A DNA stretch of 64,000 nucleotides from Chrysomallon squamiferum. Its lineage: Eukaryota > Animalia > Mollusca. The position numbers were made by a program, and so were the translations under genes. Where the stretch lies: NCBI GenBank assembly GCA_012295275.1, contig CM022666.1:2232001-2296000 (forward strand), read 5' to 3'. A model generated the notes under the pieces. The model was not told where the DNA came from and did no database searches. It worked only from the letters and a program-made list of their open reading frames with translations. Positions 1-14,927 of the stretch are shown here, one piece after another; within the stretch, counting starts at the first letter, position 1; the number at the start of each line of letters is the position of its first letter.

Positions 1-461
1 TTGTCCTTTTCTCCACCCTGCTTTCAATGATCTCCTGCACGTTGTTTGATGTAGTCTGAAAACACAGCAGTAATTTAGTACAGAAATGTTCAATTTTAAA
101 CTGAAATTTCATTTTAAGTAAAATGTTTAAGATTAGTATATAGATAGATAGATAGTTAAATAGATAGATACAGATTATAGACAGACTGAAATATATATAT
201 ATATATATAGATAGATATAGATATAGATATAGATATAGATATAGATAGATATAGATATAGATATAGATATAGATTTAAATTTAGATAGACAGCTTTTAAA
301 AATTTTAGAACTACAATTTCATTTTAAATGCAATTTTTAAATTTTGTTTTTATAAATTTATTTTTGAAAGTTTTGTATCTTGATGTTTAATTTAATGTAA
401 TAGTTTCTTTTGAATGAAGATTTTTAATATGTTGCACACACACACACACACACACACACAT

Positions 462-512
<51 letters not shown>

Positions 513-541
513 CACACACACACACACACGCACACACACGC

Positions 542-622
<81 letters not shown>

Positions 623-932
623 TGTACCTGTGCAGACATGTTGATGTGCAGTATACTGTAGGACTTGTTCAGCTGGTTCAGAGTATTTCCAGCAACTGAT
701 GTTTTTCCCGTTCCAACTGGACCCACAAGCATCACAGGGTAACTTGACACAATGAGAGACCTGGTGAGAAACTGGTATCTCACCATGTCCACTGTGGGAA
801 CAATCAACTTGAAAAATGGCAGCCTGAAATTTAAACACTTGAAATTTAGACAAAGATATAATAATAATATGATGATGATGATAATGATGATAAGAACAAC
901 AACAACAACAATGACAACAACAATAATAATAA

Positions 933-971
<39 letters not shown>

Positions 972-3900
972 TAATAATATAAAATAATAAAAAAAATAAA
1001 AATAATAAAGAAAATTTTAAAAATAAAATCAAAAAAAAAAAAAATAAAAAAAGGTAATTAAATACAATGTTGAAATAAGCAAATAAACAAAATATGAATT
1101 TGATAAGTAATCAAATAAAAAATAAACTAATATAAAAAATAAACTAATAAAATAACACACAACAACAACAACAACACAAAAATAGCAAACAAATAAACAA
1201 ATACACTAATAAATAAACCAACCTATATTAACATACATAAATAAATACTAACACAGCAACAAATAAAATAAACAAACAAACATTTTAACAACTAAATAAG
1301 ATCACATACGCTGGATTGTACTTCCATCCTCCTTTCAGTTTTTCTTCCCAGTGAACCCACGTTTTGTTCTTCGAGTCGACAAAGTACTCGTAATTGTGTC
1401 TTTGTTTGGGAACGTGCCTTCCATTTCACGGAAATAATTGTCTATTTTTTTCCGCCCGTCTTCATCTGTCGAACAGCACAGTGACCAGATCATACAGAAC
1501 TGGAACCACAGTTCCACCATGTGCACAAAATTGTCAGAGTCGTTTGCATCAATCTGAGATATAAATAATCAAGTTAGTTAGTTAGTTAGTTAGTTAGTAA
1601 ATAAATAAGTAGATAGAATAATATAATAAAGAAAGAAATTGAATAAATGTTAAACACATACACCTCACTCTATATTATAGAAGCTTAAATTATGTTATAA
1701 CACAATCTCTGATATATTATGTTTTCATCTGTTTGGTACAATGCACTGGTATCATCTATTTCCCCATCATGTGGTAATGTCCAGCTGGTTAGAGAATACA
1801 TTAATAAGAAATGTAACAGATACTAAACACTGCACCTTACAGAAGTTAAATTATGTTGTAACACTATCTCTAATGTTTGGTACAATACCTTGGTATTTTC
1901 TACTTCTTCTTTAGTACTAATTTTTCTCATTCGAAGAGGATAATAACAATTATAACACATACCCCACACTCCACATTACAGAAGTTAAATTATGTTATAA
2001 CACAAACTGTAATATTTGGTACAATGCTTTGGTATTTTCTACCTCTACTACAATACTAATTTTTCTCATTTGTAGAGGATAATAACAGTTAAAACACATA
2101 CCCCACACTCCACATTACAGATGATAATAACATTACAGATGATAATAACAGTTAAAACACATACCCCACACTCCACATTACAGATGATAATAACAGCTAT
2201 AACACATACCCCACACTCCACATTACAGATGATAATAACAATTATAACACATACCCCACACTCCACATTACAGAAGCAGTCGAGAAGCTTGCAGAGTGAT
2301 GAAATTCCATTCAGTTCTGCAATGGGGATCAGCTCTTTGCAGTTGGCCTTCTTGAACTCCAAAAGCTTCACAACATATTTATCAAAGAGTCGCTTCAGTT
2401 CTTCAGTCAAAGCCTGATGTCGTAGAAAAGAAATAGCAGAGATGACGTTAAACAAAACAAAAAAAAAACCAAAAAAAGTACTCACATTTAAATTAGTGGT
2501 TTTATATATAAAAGATATAGCCAAATTTCCATTTTATCACAGCAAATTTTATCATTTTAAAAAAAATAAATAAATAAATAAAAAATAAAAAGATAATTTT
2601 AATAATAATTTAAAAAATAAATAAAAAATTAAAAATTAGAAGATGTTATGAAATAAAAAAAAAATGTGAAGATTTTTCAGCATTACTATCAACAATAACA
2701 ATAGAAATAAAATCTAAATAAATTAAAACTCATAAAATATTAGTTTTTATATATATAAAACAAAAATGAATAAATTTTAAAATCTTTTTAATTATTATTA
2801 TTATTGTTAACTTCATAATCTTTCACCTTCTCAGATGATTTTTTTTCCAGCCACGAATCAACATATGGTTGCCATCCAAGGTCCTTGTAATCGGCATACA
2901 CCATGCCACACCTGGAAACAGTGGCAGGGGATGCCACTGACAGATCCTCAACCTCAAACAACAGGGAGACATTGTCTGGCATGGAAATTCGCTCACCGTT
3001 GATAAGAGTCAAAATCTTGTTGTCGTCCATCACCGAATTCATGCTCTCAATCCACAGAGTGTCAACGGGACCATCAAAAACAATCCACTTGTCATCTGGT
3101 TTTCATCTAGTGTAATTGTGTGGAAAATAAAACCCCAAAAGTTAAGGCACTGATTCATTTGTATATGTACACATGCACGAGTCCAATACATGTGCAGAAG
3201 TTATAAAAAGGATTTTTTTTTTAAAAGTTAAATATTTATCAAAATAATAATAGTAATAATAGTAATAGTAATAATATCATATCGTAATAGTAATAATAGT
3301 AATAATAATATAGTATTTCCATATTTAAGTAGAAATTATTGTCTAATAAAATGTTTAATTAAATGAAGAATGAGACATTTAAAAAAAAAAAAAAAAGAAA
3401 GATAAACAAAAGATTTTAAAATTATTACTTCTGTTACAAAACCGAAATATGATTCATTTTCTTTATTAATTAAGAAGCTTATTTTAATTACTAATAGCCA
3501 AATCTGATTTAATTAATCTATCAATATTTAGTAATTTAGTAAATATTGCATTTGAAGCATTAAATCATTTGAAAACAATGATAACTAAAAAAAAAAATAT
3601 ATATATTTGTAAGTAATAAAATTTAAAAAAAACACATATTTTCAAAGAAAATCATTAACAAATTTTTTTAAATTAAACAATAAAATAACTAATTAAACAG
3701 GTAATAATTTTAAAAGCACATATAAAACAAGTTAAAAAGACAATAAATAAAGCAGGGAGATGCCAAACTGTCTAACTATTTTATGTGTTTCAATGACTAA
3801 CAGAAATTAGCATTTGCATGACCAATAGAAAGTTGACTAAATGACTAAATGCAATTTCTGTTTAAGTGACTAACATATTTTCTATATAACTAACTAACTG

Positions 3901-6900
3901 ATCTTTTTTTCTTTTTTTTGAGTAAGTGAAATTTGTGTTTAAATTATTAATATTTATATTTACATGACTTTCAAATATTTTTGTTACAGTGACTGATAGA
4001 TATTTTGATATTAAGCTTTTATGTGACTAATTGATTTTGTTTATGATTAACTGATATTTTGTTTTCAGTGACTTGATATTTGTGTGACTAATTGAAAATT
4101 GACTAAAATTTGTGTTTTAACAAATTTGACTGATATTTGTGTTTCATGGAATAATTGCATTTCAGAGATTGATATTTGTGTTTGAGTGATTAACTGATAT
4201 TTTGTGTTTCAGTGACTAACTGATATTTGTGTTTCAGTGACTAATTGAAATTTGAAGTTGAGTGACTAACTGATATTTGTGTTTCAGTAACTGATATTTG
4301 TGTTTCAGTGACTGATATTTGTGTTTCACGGAATAATTGCATTTCAGAGACTAACTGATATTTGTGTTTCATTGACTAACTGATATTTGTGTTTCATTGA
4401 CTAACTGATATTTGTGTTTCAGTGACTAACTGATATTTGTGTTTCAGTGACTAATTGATATTTGTGTTTCAGAGACTAATTGATATTTATGTTTCAGTGA
4501 TTAATTGATATTTGTGTTTCAGACTAACTGATATTTGTGTTTCAGTGACTAACTGATATTTGTGTTTCAGTGATTAATTGATATTTAGTGTTTCAGTGAC
4601 TAACTGATATTTGTGTTTCAGTGACTAAATGATATTTGTGTTTCAGTGACTAACTGATATTTGTGTTTCAGTGACTAATTGATATTTGTGTTTCAGAGAC
4701 TAATTGATATTTGTGTTTCAGTGACTAACTGATATTTGTGTTTCAGTGACTAATTGATATTTGTGTTTCAGTGACTAATTGATATTTGTGTTTCAGAGAC
4801 TGATATTTGTGTTTCAGTGACTAATTGATATTTGTGTTTCAGTGACTAATTGATATTTGTGTTTCAGTGACTAACTGATATTTGTGTTTCAGTGACTAAT
4901 TGATATTTGTGTTTCAGTGACTGGTATTTGTGTTTCAGTGACTAATTGATATTTGTGTTTCAGAGACTAATTGATATTTGTGTTTCAGTGACTAACTGAT
5001 AATTGTGGTGCTGCTACAATTTATTTTTAGGTCAGAAGGTTTACGATTTTTGGCTCACTTTCAAAACCGAATTCTGAAAAAATTAAATTTAAATAATAAC
5101 AAAGATAAACTATAATTTTAAAATATCTTTGAACATTAAATAAAATTAAAAAAATTAACAAAAATAAATATTATGAATAAGATGGATAGACTATTTCAAG
5201 CAAAAGATGTAAAAGCACAGGAAAAACTTTAATCATTGTTAATAACTTCTAAAAAATAAATCAGAAATTAATAGCAAATAAATTGTAAAATCTTAAAAAT
5301 TCATTAACTTCAAAAACCAAACTAATTAATTCTTACTCTGCTGTAACAGTAATAATAAAAAAATAATAATAATAAAAATAATAATAAATGAAACTAGAAC
5401 AAGATGAAAAAGCAAAACTAACATGTCTTTGTATCAACATGAAAAATCTATAAATGAATGAATACATTTTGAAGAATAAATGAATTTACAAGAAAAAAAA
5501 AATTGTTTTTATTTGTTTGAATTAACTATACCATAATGTTCTGAAAAACAAAACAAAAATTTAAATATAGGTAATATTTAAAACTACAACAACACATTAA
5601 TAACAAATACGACAATGTTTTTAAAAACAACTTTGTATAACATAAATGATTTCAATATCTGTAAATTAATTTAAATCAAGCACTGTCTTTAAATCACCAC
5701 AGAACAATTTGTATATACCTATACATCTGTAAGCAATATATGTGTGTTTACTTATTTGTATATCTCTATGTACAAAAAAGACAGACACACGCACGCATGC
5801 GCACACATGTACATACATACACAAAATCTGTAAAAGTGTTCATCTGCATATTCATATCCATACACACATTGATGCAACACCTTCAAATCATAATTAATTA
5901 AAACCAACAAGTATTGTCTTCAAATTATCACAAAACAAAATAGCAGACGCAGTATTTACCTGCACAGGTTTGTCTCATGACACTAGAGAGGACTCCATCT
6001 GTCCATTCGTTAGTATTGAGATCAAACTCTCCATACAGTTCACCCAGGGACAATGCTTTGGGATTCAAGGGAAATTCCTGTAAGAATGAAAAATGTAGAG
6101 TAAAGTATAAGAAGCTGCTGTCTTTAAGAAAATACTTTTTCTTGTAAAATGTGATGAGAGAAATCAAATAAAAAAAAAAAAAAAAAAAAAATGTATGAGA
6201 TTAAATATATTTTGTATGTTTCATGATATAAATAACTGATATTATGTGTGTGTGTATGTGTTTTGTATGTATGCATGTTTGTGTGTTTACATTACTGGAG
6301 ACCAATCTTTGTGACAATAAAGTAAAACTATAAAATAGAAAACTTGTACAATAACAAATAAATAAATAAATAAATAAATAAATAAAAAATAAAAGAGAAA
6401 AAAAAAAAAAAAAAAGAAGTATTAAAAATTATTTCTCTCTCACTTTGACAATTTGGAAGTTTGTGTCCCCATTTCTACTCAGTCTGGTCACAGTTGACTG
6501 AAGAATCTTCCACGCCACTGATTTCCCAGAGAGAGTGTTTCCAACGATCATCACTGCATGCCGAGATGATTTAGTCTCAAACAGCTGGATGATTTTAGTC
6601 ACAGTGTGTTCATTCTGCTGCAGTTTGTTCTCTTTAAGCTCTTCGTAAATGCCATCCTTCAGCTGTAGGAAATATTTAAGACATTGATTTTTTTTTTTAA
6701 TGCTGGTGTTAGTGAGTTTTAGAGCCTTGGCTCTGAATTAAAAGTTTGAGTATTCTAGATGCCTAGAATTATGATGGAATGTTTGTCTCTATGTCACTTA
6801 TACTTAAATGTGTGAGTGTTTACATTTGTAAGGTGTGCATAGAATAACGAATGAATTTTCATCTCTAAGTCACTGATACATATTCATGTGTACATACATT

Positions 6901-9244
6901 CAATCTTTATGTAAAAACACTTCATATACACACACACACACACACACAAACACTCATTTACTCACATTTGTCAAAAAACATAGATTCTCACAAAAGATGC
7001 ATGACAAGAAACACACACATATCTTCATGATCCAATGTTCATATACACACTACCTACCTGTATGAACATACACTCACATACCTCTGTCCTCAATCACTTA
7101 CTCACACATATTACCTCTATGAACACACACACACACTCACACCTCTAGAATAAAGAACAGTTTACCTTAGAATAGTCAACCACTGGGGTTTCCACTCCTG
7201 GGAAGAGATCAGACATGATGGCATTGAAAAGAGGAAGATCTGAAGATGTCAGTTTAGCAATGTTCATGTCCTTCATAGACAGAAGCAGGATCTGAAATTA
7301 AAGTTTTCAAATGTCCCAGTCATTATATCAATTCATCTATTTCTTTTCACTGTTTTTAATCCTTGCTTGTTCTAGAACTACAAGCATTTTGTGCATTCTG
7401 AAAAGCTAAAATTAAAGTTTTAAAATATCCAGTTCATCATTTCTTCTCATGAATTTCTTCTTAAATGTTCTTGAACTATAGTTACCATTTAAAAGTTGGT
7501 GATATTTGTTTTAGGAAAATAAAAGTTTAGTTAGCTTGGGATATCACACATTCTGACAGACTTAATTTAAAGATCTAACATATCTAATTATATTTTTTCT
7601 TAGGTTTTTCTTTCTTTTGATATGTTTTCTTAAAATGATTCCTTGTTAGGGAAGGCGTGCTATTTCCAACAATAAGTATAGTCATTTACATGTAGGAAAA
7701 TATTAAATAATGCCTCTGTATTCAAACAAATTTTATTAGAAACACTGAGAACTATATAAACTAACACCTATTATTTGCAGTATTTTAATTATATTTGGAG
7801 AACCTACCTCCTCATCAGACAAGTTAGGATTGCTTCGTTTCTTTCTGCCTGCATATCTGAGCACAGACACGAGAGCTCGCAAGCCGAAGTCGTAGTGATC
7901 TTGATGTGACAGCTGCTGCTCAGCGAGACTGTACATGGTGTACACTTTCTTAGCCAGGATCTGAAGTGAGGTAAATGTTGTTGAATTAATGTAGTATTAT
8001 CTTGGAGACCAGAAACAAATTAAAACTTTTTTGAATTTTTTTCAGTATTTTTGTCATATGTATGCCAACAAAAAAAAAAAAAAAAAAATGAAGAAGAAAA
8101 GAAATGAATGAGAAAATTATACCAATATTTTTAAAAACTGAAAAAAAAAAAAAAAAAAAAAAAGAAAAAAACTTTTATAAATTAAATTAAACAAATAAAA
8201 AATGATGAATAAAGGAAAAAAAAAATGAGAAAAAGAACTTACCTTTGTGTTGCTGAATCCCTCTGCAAACAGAATGATTTCAGCAATGAGGTTGGAATCG
8301 GGAACAACCATGGCAATAGGTCTGAACATCGACTTCAAGTTGTCAGGAAGTTCTGTCCGGCCAGCATACCCTGTAAATTGAAAATTTGAAAATACAATAC
8401 CACTACAACTTCACATCCTCCACTACAGCTATAAAAGTACAGATAAAAACAATTTACATTTCGCTCACACAGAATCATTATAAACTTACCTGGATTCATT
8501 GTAATGAGGGTTCCACAAGACCACTACTACTGCAACTACCACTAAAACTCTAACCACTACAACTCTAACCACAACAGAAAGAGAACATTTTTTTTTACAT
8601 TTCACTAACACAGAATCATTATAAACGTACCTGGATTCATTGTAATGAAGGTTCCACAGGACCAGATGAGATCAATTTCTCTGCCCTCAAATATGAACCT
8701 CTGTCTGTTTGCTGCCAGTGCACTGAGGATGGAGAGGATCTGCTGAGCAACCACAGACAACACCTCAATGTTGATTCTGTTGAACTCATCAAAACAGCCC
8801 CAGGCTCCGGTCTGGAAGGATGAAAAAAAATCATCTTTGTGTAACGTAAATTATGATTTTGTTAAATATCTTTTGGTAAGATGTTTTTATTATGTCTATT
8901 TCCATGCTAAATGTCTTGTAACTGCATGCATGTTTTGATAAATATCTTTTAGAAAGATGTATTTTTTTTTGAAAAATAGCTTCTTCATGCAAATGTATTT
9001 TTGTAAATAACTTATAATGATTTGCAAAATATTTTTTTAAAACTGTGCAATATATCATATGACAAAAGTACTTCGCAAAAAATCATAGAGTAGCAAACAG
9101 TTATTTATAACAGTAATAATAATAATAATAATAACAACAAGAACAATAATAATAAAAATAATAATAATAATAATAAAAATAATAACAATAATAATAATAT
9201 TATAATAATAATAACAATAACAGTAATAATAATAATAACAACAG

Positions 9245-9275
<31 letters not shown>

Positions 9276-10646
9276 AAAAATAATAACAATAATAATAATA
9301 ATATAATAATAATAACAATAACAGTAATAATAATAATAATAAAAACAACAATAATAATAAATATAATAATAATAATAATAGTAATAGCAATAACAACAAC
9401 AACAATAACAATAACAGACCTGAGCTAATCCTGAAAACATTCTTCCCATTGACTTGTAATCAAGACCCTCGGAACAGTTCACCACAATGACGTACATCCC
9501 AAGAGCCTTGCCCAGGTCTTTCGTCGTTTCCGTTTTGCCCGTTCCAGCCGGCCCCTTCGGGCTCCCACCCCTGTGGAGGTGGAGGGCGGTGGTCAGTGTC
9601 ATGTAACAGCGATCTGTCAGTGGCGTGATGACGAGACGGCCGGAGTTGCCAAGGTACTCGTAGCCGTACTGGAACTGCGTGTTCGTCTGGCGAATTACGC
9701 AGTCGTCGATTTCCTTGTCCCAGTAGACGCGAAGCTGACTGAGCCACTCGAAGGCAGTGACATCGGCGCAGCCTGATTTTATCATCTTCTCGACAATGTC
9801 TCTGGCGTGCACTTCGATGGTTACCAGGGCAACGATCTTCAGTCGCTGAATTTTTGTGAGGCTTCCTCTGATCGCCTCCGACATTTTGTTCAGCATGGCA
9901 ACCTGAAAACAAATGGATTGAGAATAAATTAAAAAAATATATATTAAATTATAAAATGAAATTAAATTAAAATATAAAATACAATACAAAATAAAATATA
10001 AATATATTAAATTATTGAATTAAAAAATTATAATACAATACAAAATAAAATGAAATAAAAATATTAAAATAAAATGAAATAAAATAAAAATAAAATACAA
10101 TAAAATTAAATTAAATTAAATTAAATTAAATTAAATTAAATTAAAATATATTAAATTAAATTAAATAAAATAAAACATAATTAAATCAAATCAAAGAAGT
10201 TAGGGTATCATTATTTTCAAAATAAGAATAAAATTCTCTGTAACTATTATCTCAACTTAAAAAAAAAAAAAAACCCAAACCCCCCACATATATTAGAAAC
10301 ATGATTTTAGAAGTATTTTAGAAGTACAACAAAGAAAATGATTTCTGAGACCAAAAGATTAGACTAACCTGTTTCTTTTTCATGCTCTTCAATGCACGCT
10401 TATCTCCCCTGTCTTTGCAGGTCGTGAGAGCCTTGGTGACATCCTGTGTCCACTGAATCTGACTGGCGGTTATACACAGCTGTAAAACAATTTCAACATC
10501 ATTATTCACTGATTTTTTATTTATTTATTTATTTAATTATTTATTTTTATGTGTATTTGTTTGGTTTGTTTGAAGACAATTTAAAATGTCTGATCAGTTT
10601 TGATTAGTTATCTATATTGATAATTATTAAAACATAACCATTGTGA

Positions 10647-10698
<52 letters not shown>

Positions 10699-13600
10699 TT
10701 TATTTATTTTTATTATTATTATTATTATTGTCATCATCATTATTATTTATCAGTACTAATAGTCCATCATCATATGATTATCACCATTATATCATTCATC
10801 ATTGTTGTCTTTATAATTAATAAGAAAAGGTAGTTTATTAATTATAACCATCATCATCATCATTATTTATCAGTAGAGGTGGTTTGATCATCATCAGCAG
10901 CAACATCATCTTGCTTTAGTATTATTACCAATATTATCATTATCATTATTTTCATTCTCATTATTATTATTGTCATTATCATCATTATCATCATCATTAT
11001 TATTATCATTACCACCACCACCATCATCATCACTATCATTGCCACCATCATCATCGTCATCATCGTCATCATCATCATCATTATTATTATTATTACCTGT
11101 CCAGGCCAGTCTTTGACCCACTTGTCTCTTTTTGTGAGATTTTTCTTCAGAGACTGTCGGCAGTTCTTCAGCACTTCCTTCAGCGTCCACCTCATCGTCT
11201 TTTCAACGTCACACAGCCACGCCTGGTCACAAACACAAATACAACTGTTACAGTAAGTAATGTGATCCTTCAAACTAATCATTCTGTTAAGTATGACATC
11301 ATCACCCAAAGTCAGTTCAATCAAAAGCATATCATCAATTTAAACACGCTATTTTGATGTCTATCATATCAGATCACAGAGTCAATACCAAGCTAATAAT
11401 TGTAGATTTTGAAAATTCAAACTATTTATTAAATAGTTCTGTTACAACTTAACTCATGTCATTTTTGAGCACCAAGCTAAATAATACTTAATTAGGAAAA
11501 TAAAAAAAAATATTTATTAAATATTTTCATTGCAGCTTAACTTAGGCTTGAAACTTGAGAGTCATAACTGTGTAATTATCTGTTTTTACCTCAACAGGGC
11601 CTTCCAGGAACACAGAATGTCCAAACTCTACGTATTCAGCATCAGATGAAAACATACCAGCAGCCTCCCATTTCTGAGAAAGTCCAGCCTGAAACAGATA
11701 AAATAAATAGGTAAGTAAGTAAGTAAGTAAAAAATAAATAAATAAATAAATAGTACATTAGTGAGGAAGTAAGTAATAAATAAGTAATAAATAAGTAATA
11801 AGTAAGTATGTAAGTAAGTATGTAAGTACGTAAAAAATAAATAAATAAATAGTAGATAAGTAAGGAAGTAAGTAATAAATAAATAAGTAAATAAGTAAAT
11901 AAGTAATAAGTAAGTAGGTAAGTAAGCAAGTAAGTAATAAGTAAGTAGGTAAGTAAAAAACAAATATATAAATAAATAGTAGATAACTAAGGAAGAAAGC
12001 AATAAATGAATAAGCAAATAAGTAAGTAATAATTAAGGAGGTAAGTAATAAATAAGTAAGTATGTATGTATGTAAGTAGGTAATAAATAAATAAATATAT
12101 AAACACTAAATAAATAAGTCAGTAAAAAAGAAAGAAAGAAAGATATAATAATAATAAGAAGAAAAATAATAACCATAGCAATAATAACAAAACAATAACA
12201 ACAATAATAATAACAATAACAATAATAACAATAATAATTAAAGTGAAATTCTTCCATCATGTTCATCATCTTACAAGTAAAACTATCTTTACCACTATGT
12301 TTAATCCATAATGTACTGAAGTCTAAATAAGTATCCACTGAGTGTTTCTGATCAAAAACCCTTACCCTGTTCATTCTGAGAGATCGAATGTTGTCGAAAC
12401 ACTTCTTCAGATGTATCTGTACAGCCTCTGGATTCTTCGACTGTCCGAGGATCTCCAGCAGATCGTCATTCGACAGAAAGTAGAAGCGGGGAAATATCTG
12501 TCTCTTAGTCTCCAGATACATGTCCAGCGACTTCTGGATTTCCTCCAGTTTGACGTTCATGTCGTTAAGTTGATCCAGAAGCTCTGAAAGTTGAGAAGAA
12601 TGAACTGAAGTGAAGTGATTTGAAATGAATTTGGAGTGAGTTATATTAATTTAATAAAATTAAAAAAAAAAAAAAAAATTGAAAAGGAAATTATTTAAAT
12701 GAAATAAAAATATATTTTTTAAATTTGTACTGATCTGAAATGAACTAAATAAGAAACTAAAATGATGAAAAAAAATTATATAAACTACCATTCTGAAAAA
12801 TAAAGCAAAATTAAATAAAATAAAATAATGAACAATAAGATAAGTTATAAGAATATCAAAATTTAATTAAATTAAAATTAAAATTATTTAATATAAGACA
12901 ACTATAATTCCTTACCTTTTCAGAACTTTTTTACCTACATTATCATTTCAATTATTTTTTTAAAATTTCAATCACAAATTAAAATACATCCTTTTACCTT
13001 TTTCTAACCTGCTTTTCTTACATTTTGGGGGACTTTTTAAACCAAATGTTTACAGATTTAACTGACCTGGGTGGTGTGTTCCTCGCAGAGCGTTTTTCAC
13101 AGAGTTCAGTCGGTTCATTATCACTTTCCATCTGTTATTGACGTCATCAAACTCAGATGATTCCCGGGGGAGTTGTTTTCTGATATCCTCTCCCAGAAAG
13201 ATATTCTATGAATAAAATAAATCATAAAATACTAAATATGTAACTTTCATAAATCAATTTATAAAAAAAAAAAAATAAAAATAAATTTAAAAAAAAAAGA
13301 AAAAAGAAAAGAAAAAGAAAAAAAAAAGACCAAAAAAGGGGAAAAGATTTGAAAGATTTTAAATATAGCATATTTTAATGTGAAAATGTATTAAAGATGT
13401 GAAACCAAGTATATCAACATTTAATTCAAAAGTAATTTAAAAAAATAACAAATTAATTTTCATTTAAAAATAAATAATTCAATTTTCTTTTTTGATAAAA
13501 TTAATTATTTTAATTTATTATCAAAAAAAAACAAAAAAAACTTTATAAATAAAAAATGGGTTTTGATTTTCTATATAAGCTACAATTTAAAAAACACTGA

Positions 13601-14887
13601 AAACCAAAATTTGTTAAAATATTTTTACCTCCAAATACATCCATTGTCTCTGAACAGTCAACAGCATCTCAACCACTTCAAGAATGTGTGACAGAGTTCT
13701 CTCCCATTTGTCCACCTCAATCTCAAAGGCCTTGACAAAACGTGATGCTTTCATAGTGGACAACTGAACTTGGTTATCTTCAAGTGCCGCAAACACATCT
13801 TCAGTTGACCTTGAATATAAAGCTTGAATATAAAGCTTGAATAATAAGGTGATCACAGCAAAACTATAACTAAATGTATGCCACTTATAACAGTCATTAA
13901 AATCAAGATGGTGGAGTATAGTTTATGGGAAAAAATGATCAGACATTGTTAATATGTTCATTGTGATTAATATTATTGAAAAGGTCACTGTAATCAATAT
14001 GGTCTATAGGTCAATATATTTAACAGAGTAATTATGAAGGTCAAAAAGTTCAATACTGTCAAAAAGGTCAATATATTGAATAGAGTCATTAGGATCACAG
14101 TGGTCATTAAGATCAGATGGGTCAGTATATTTAATAGTCATTAGTGTCTATAGATACAAATAGTCAGCTCCATACAAATGGTCAAAATATTAAGACTGCC
14201 AAGCACAGCAAAGTACACAAAATGGATAATATGGTAATTATCAGTATTATTAACTTTATCAAATTATTAATATCATGAACAGAAAGTGGTTACTGTGGTA
14301 AAAACAGTTAAGGAGGTCAAAATGATCATGGATATCAAAATGGATATGACACTTATGAAAACAGCATTGTTAGTGAAAGACAAGCATCATCTGTATGGCC
14401 TTTATCGTCAAGATGGTCACTTACCTCAGTTTGAAGTGTCCTTTGTCCTTATATGGAGTAATGTCCAAGTCTGTGACATTCCACGTCTGCTCAATTGATT
14501 GCAGACCCTGAAAAACATCACCAGAAAAATATATTGATCAGAAGGAAATATAAAAAAATTATATATATAAATAAATAAATAAATAAATTCTAGTAAATAA
14601 ATAAATAAGCAAATAAATAAAGAATGAAAGAAAGAGAAATTAATAAAGAACGAATGAAAAACAAAACACATTTTAATAACAATAATTGACAGAAAAGAAA
14701 AAACAATAAAATCAATATAAGTCATAAATTTTAATTGCATAATTTAACTTCTAATTAAATATAATAATAGTAATAGCAGTAATAACAAATAGTTTTTAAA
14801 ATGACACTGGTTTTCCAAACAACAATTTCTTGCAGTAGGTAAAATTCTTTTTACTCTTTATACATAAAAACACACACACACACACAC

Positions 14888-14927
<40 letters not shown>

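Noticed and set aside
387-699. ORFs of (CV)n and (HT)n
   Set aside because: Translations of a (CA)n microsatellite inside a dynein intron.
4190-5000. CRISPR-like regular array
   Set aside because: Units are contiguous with no unique spacers, there are no cas genes, and the context is a eukaryotic intron.
9055-9411. Poly-L/Y/I hydrophobic ORFs, also at 11628-12017, 24259-24618, 32509-32788, 40519-40903 and 41059-41347
   Set aside because: Products of AAT/AAAT-type intronic repeats, not membrane proteins.
9460-9912. 150-aa alternative-frame ORF and antisense ORF over the AAA1 exon
   Set aside because: Expected shadow ORFs in a GC-rich exon, with no independent splice or motif support.
10482-11096. 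Complementary microsatellites bridging intron ends, as in fish (AC)/(GT) introns
   Set aside because: Introns with sense-strand (AAT/GAT)n near the donor, here and at 24031-24691, lack a complementary tract near the acceptor.
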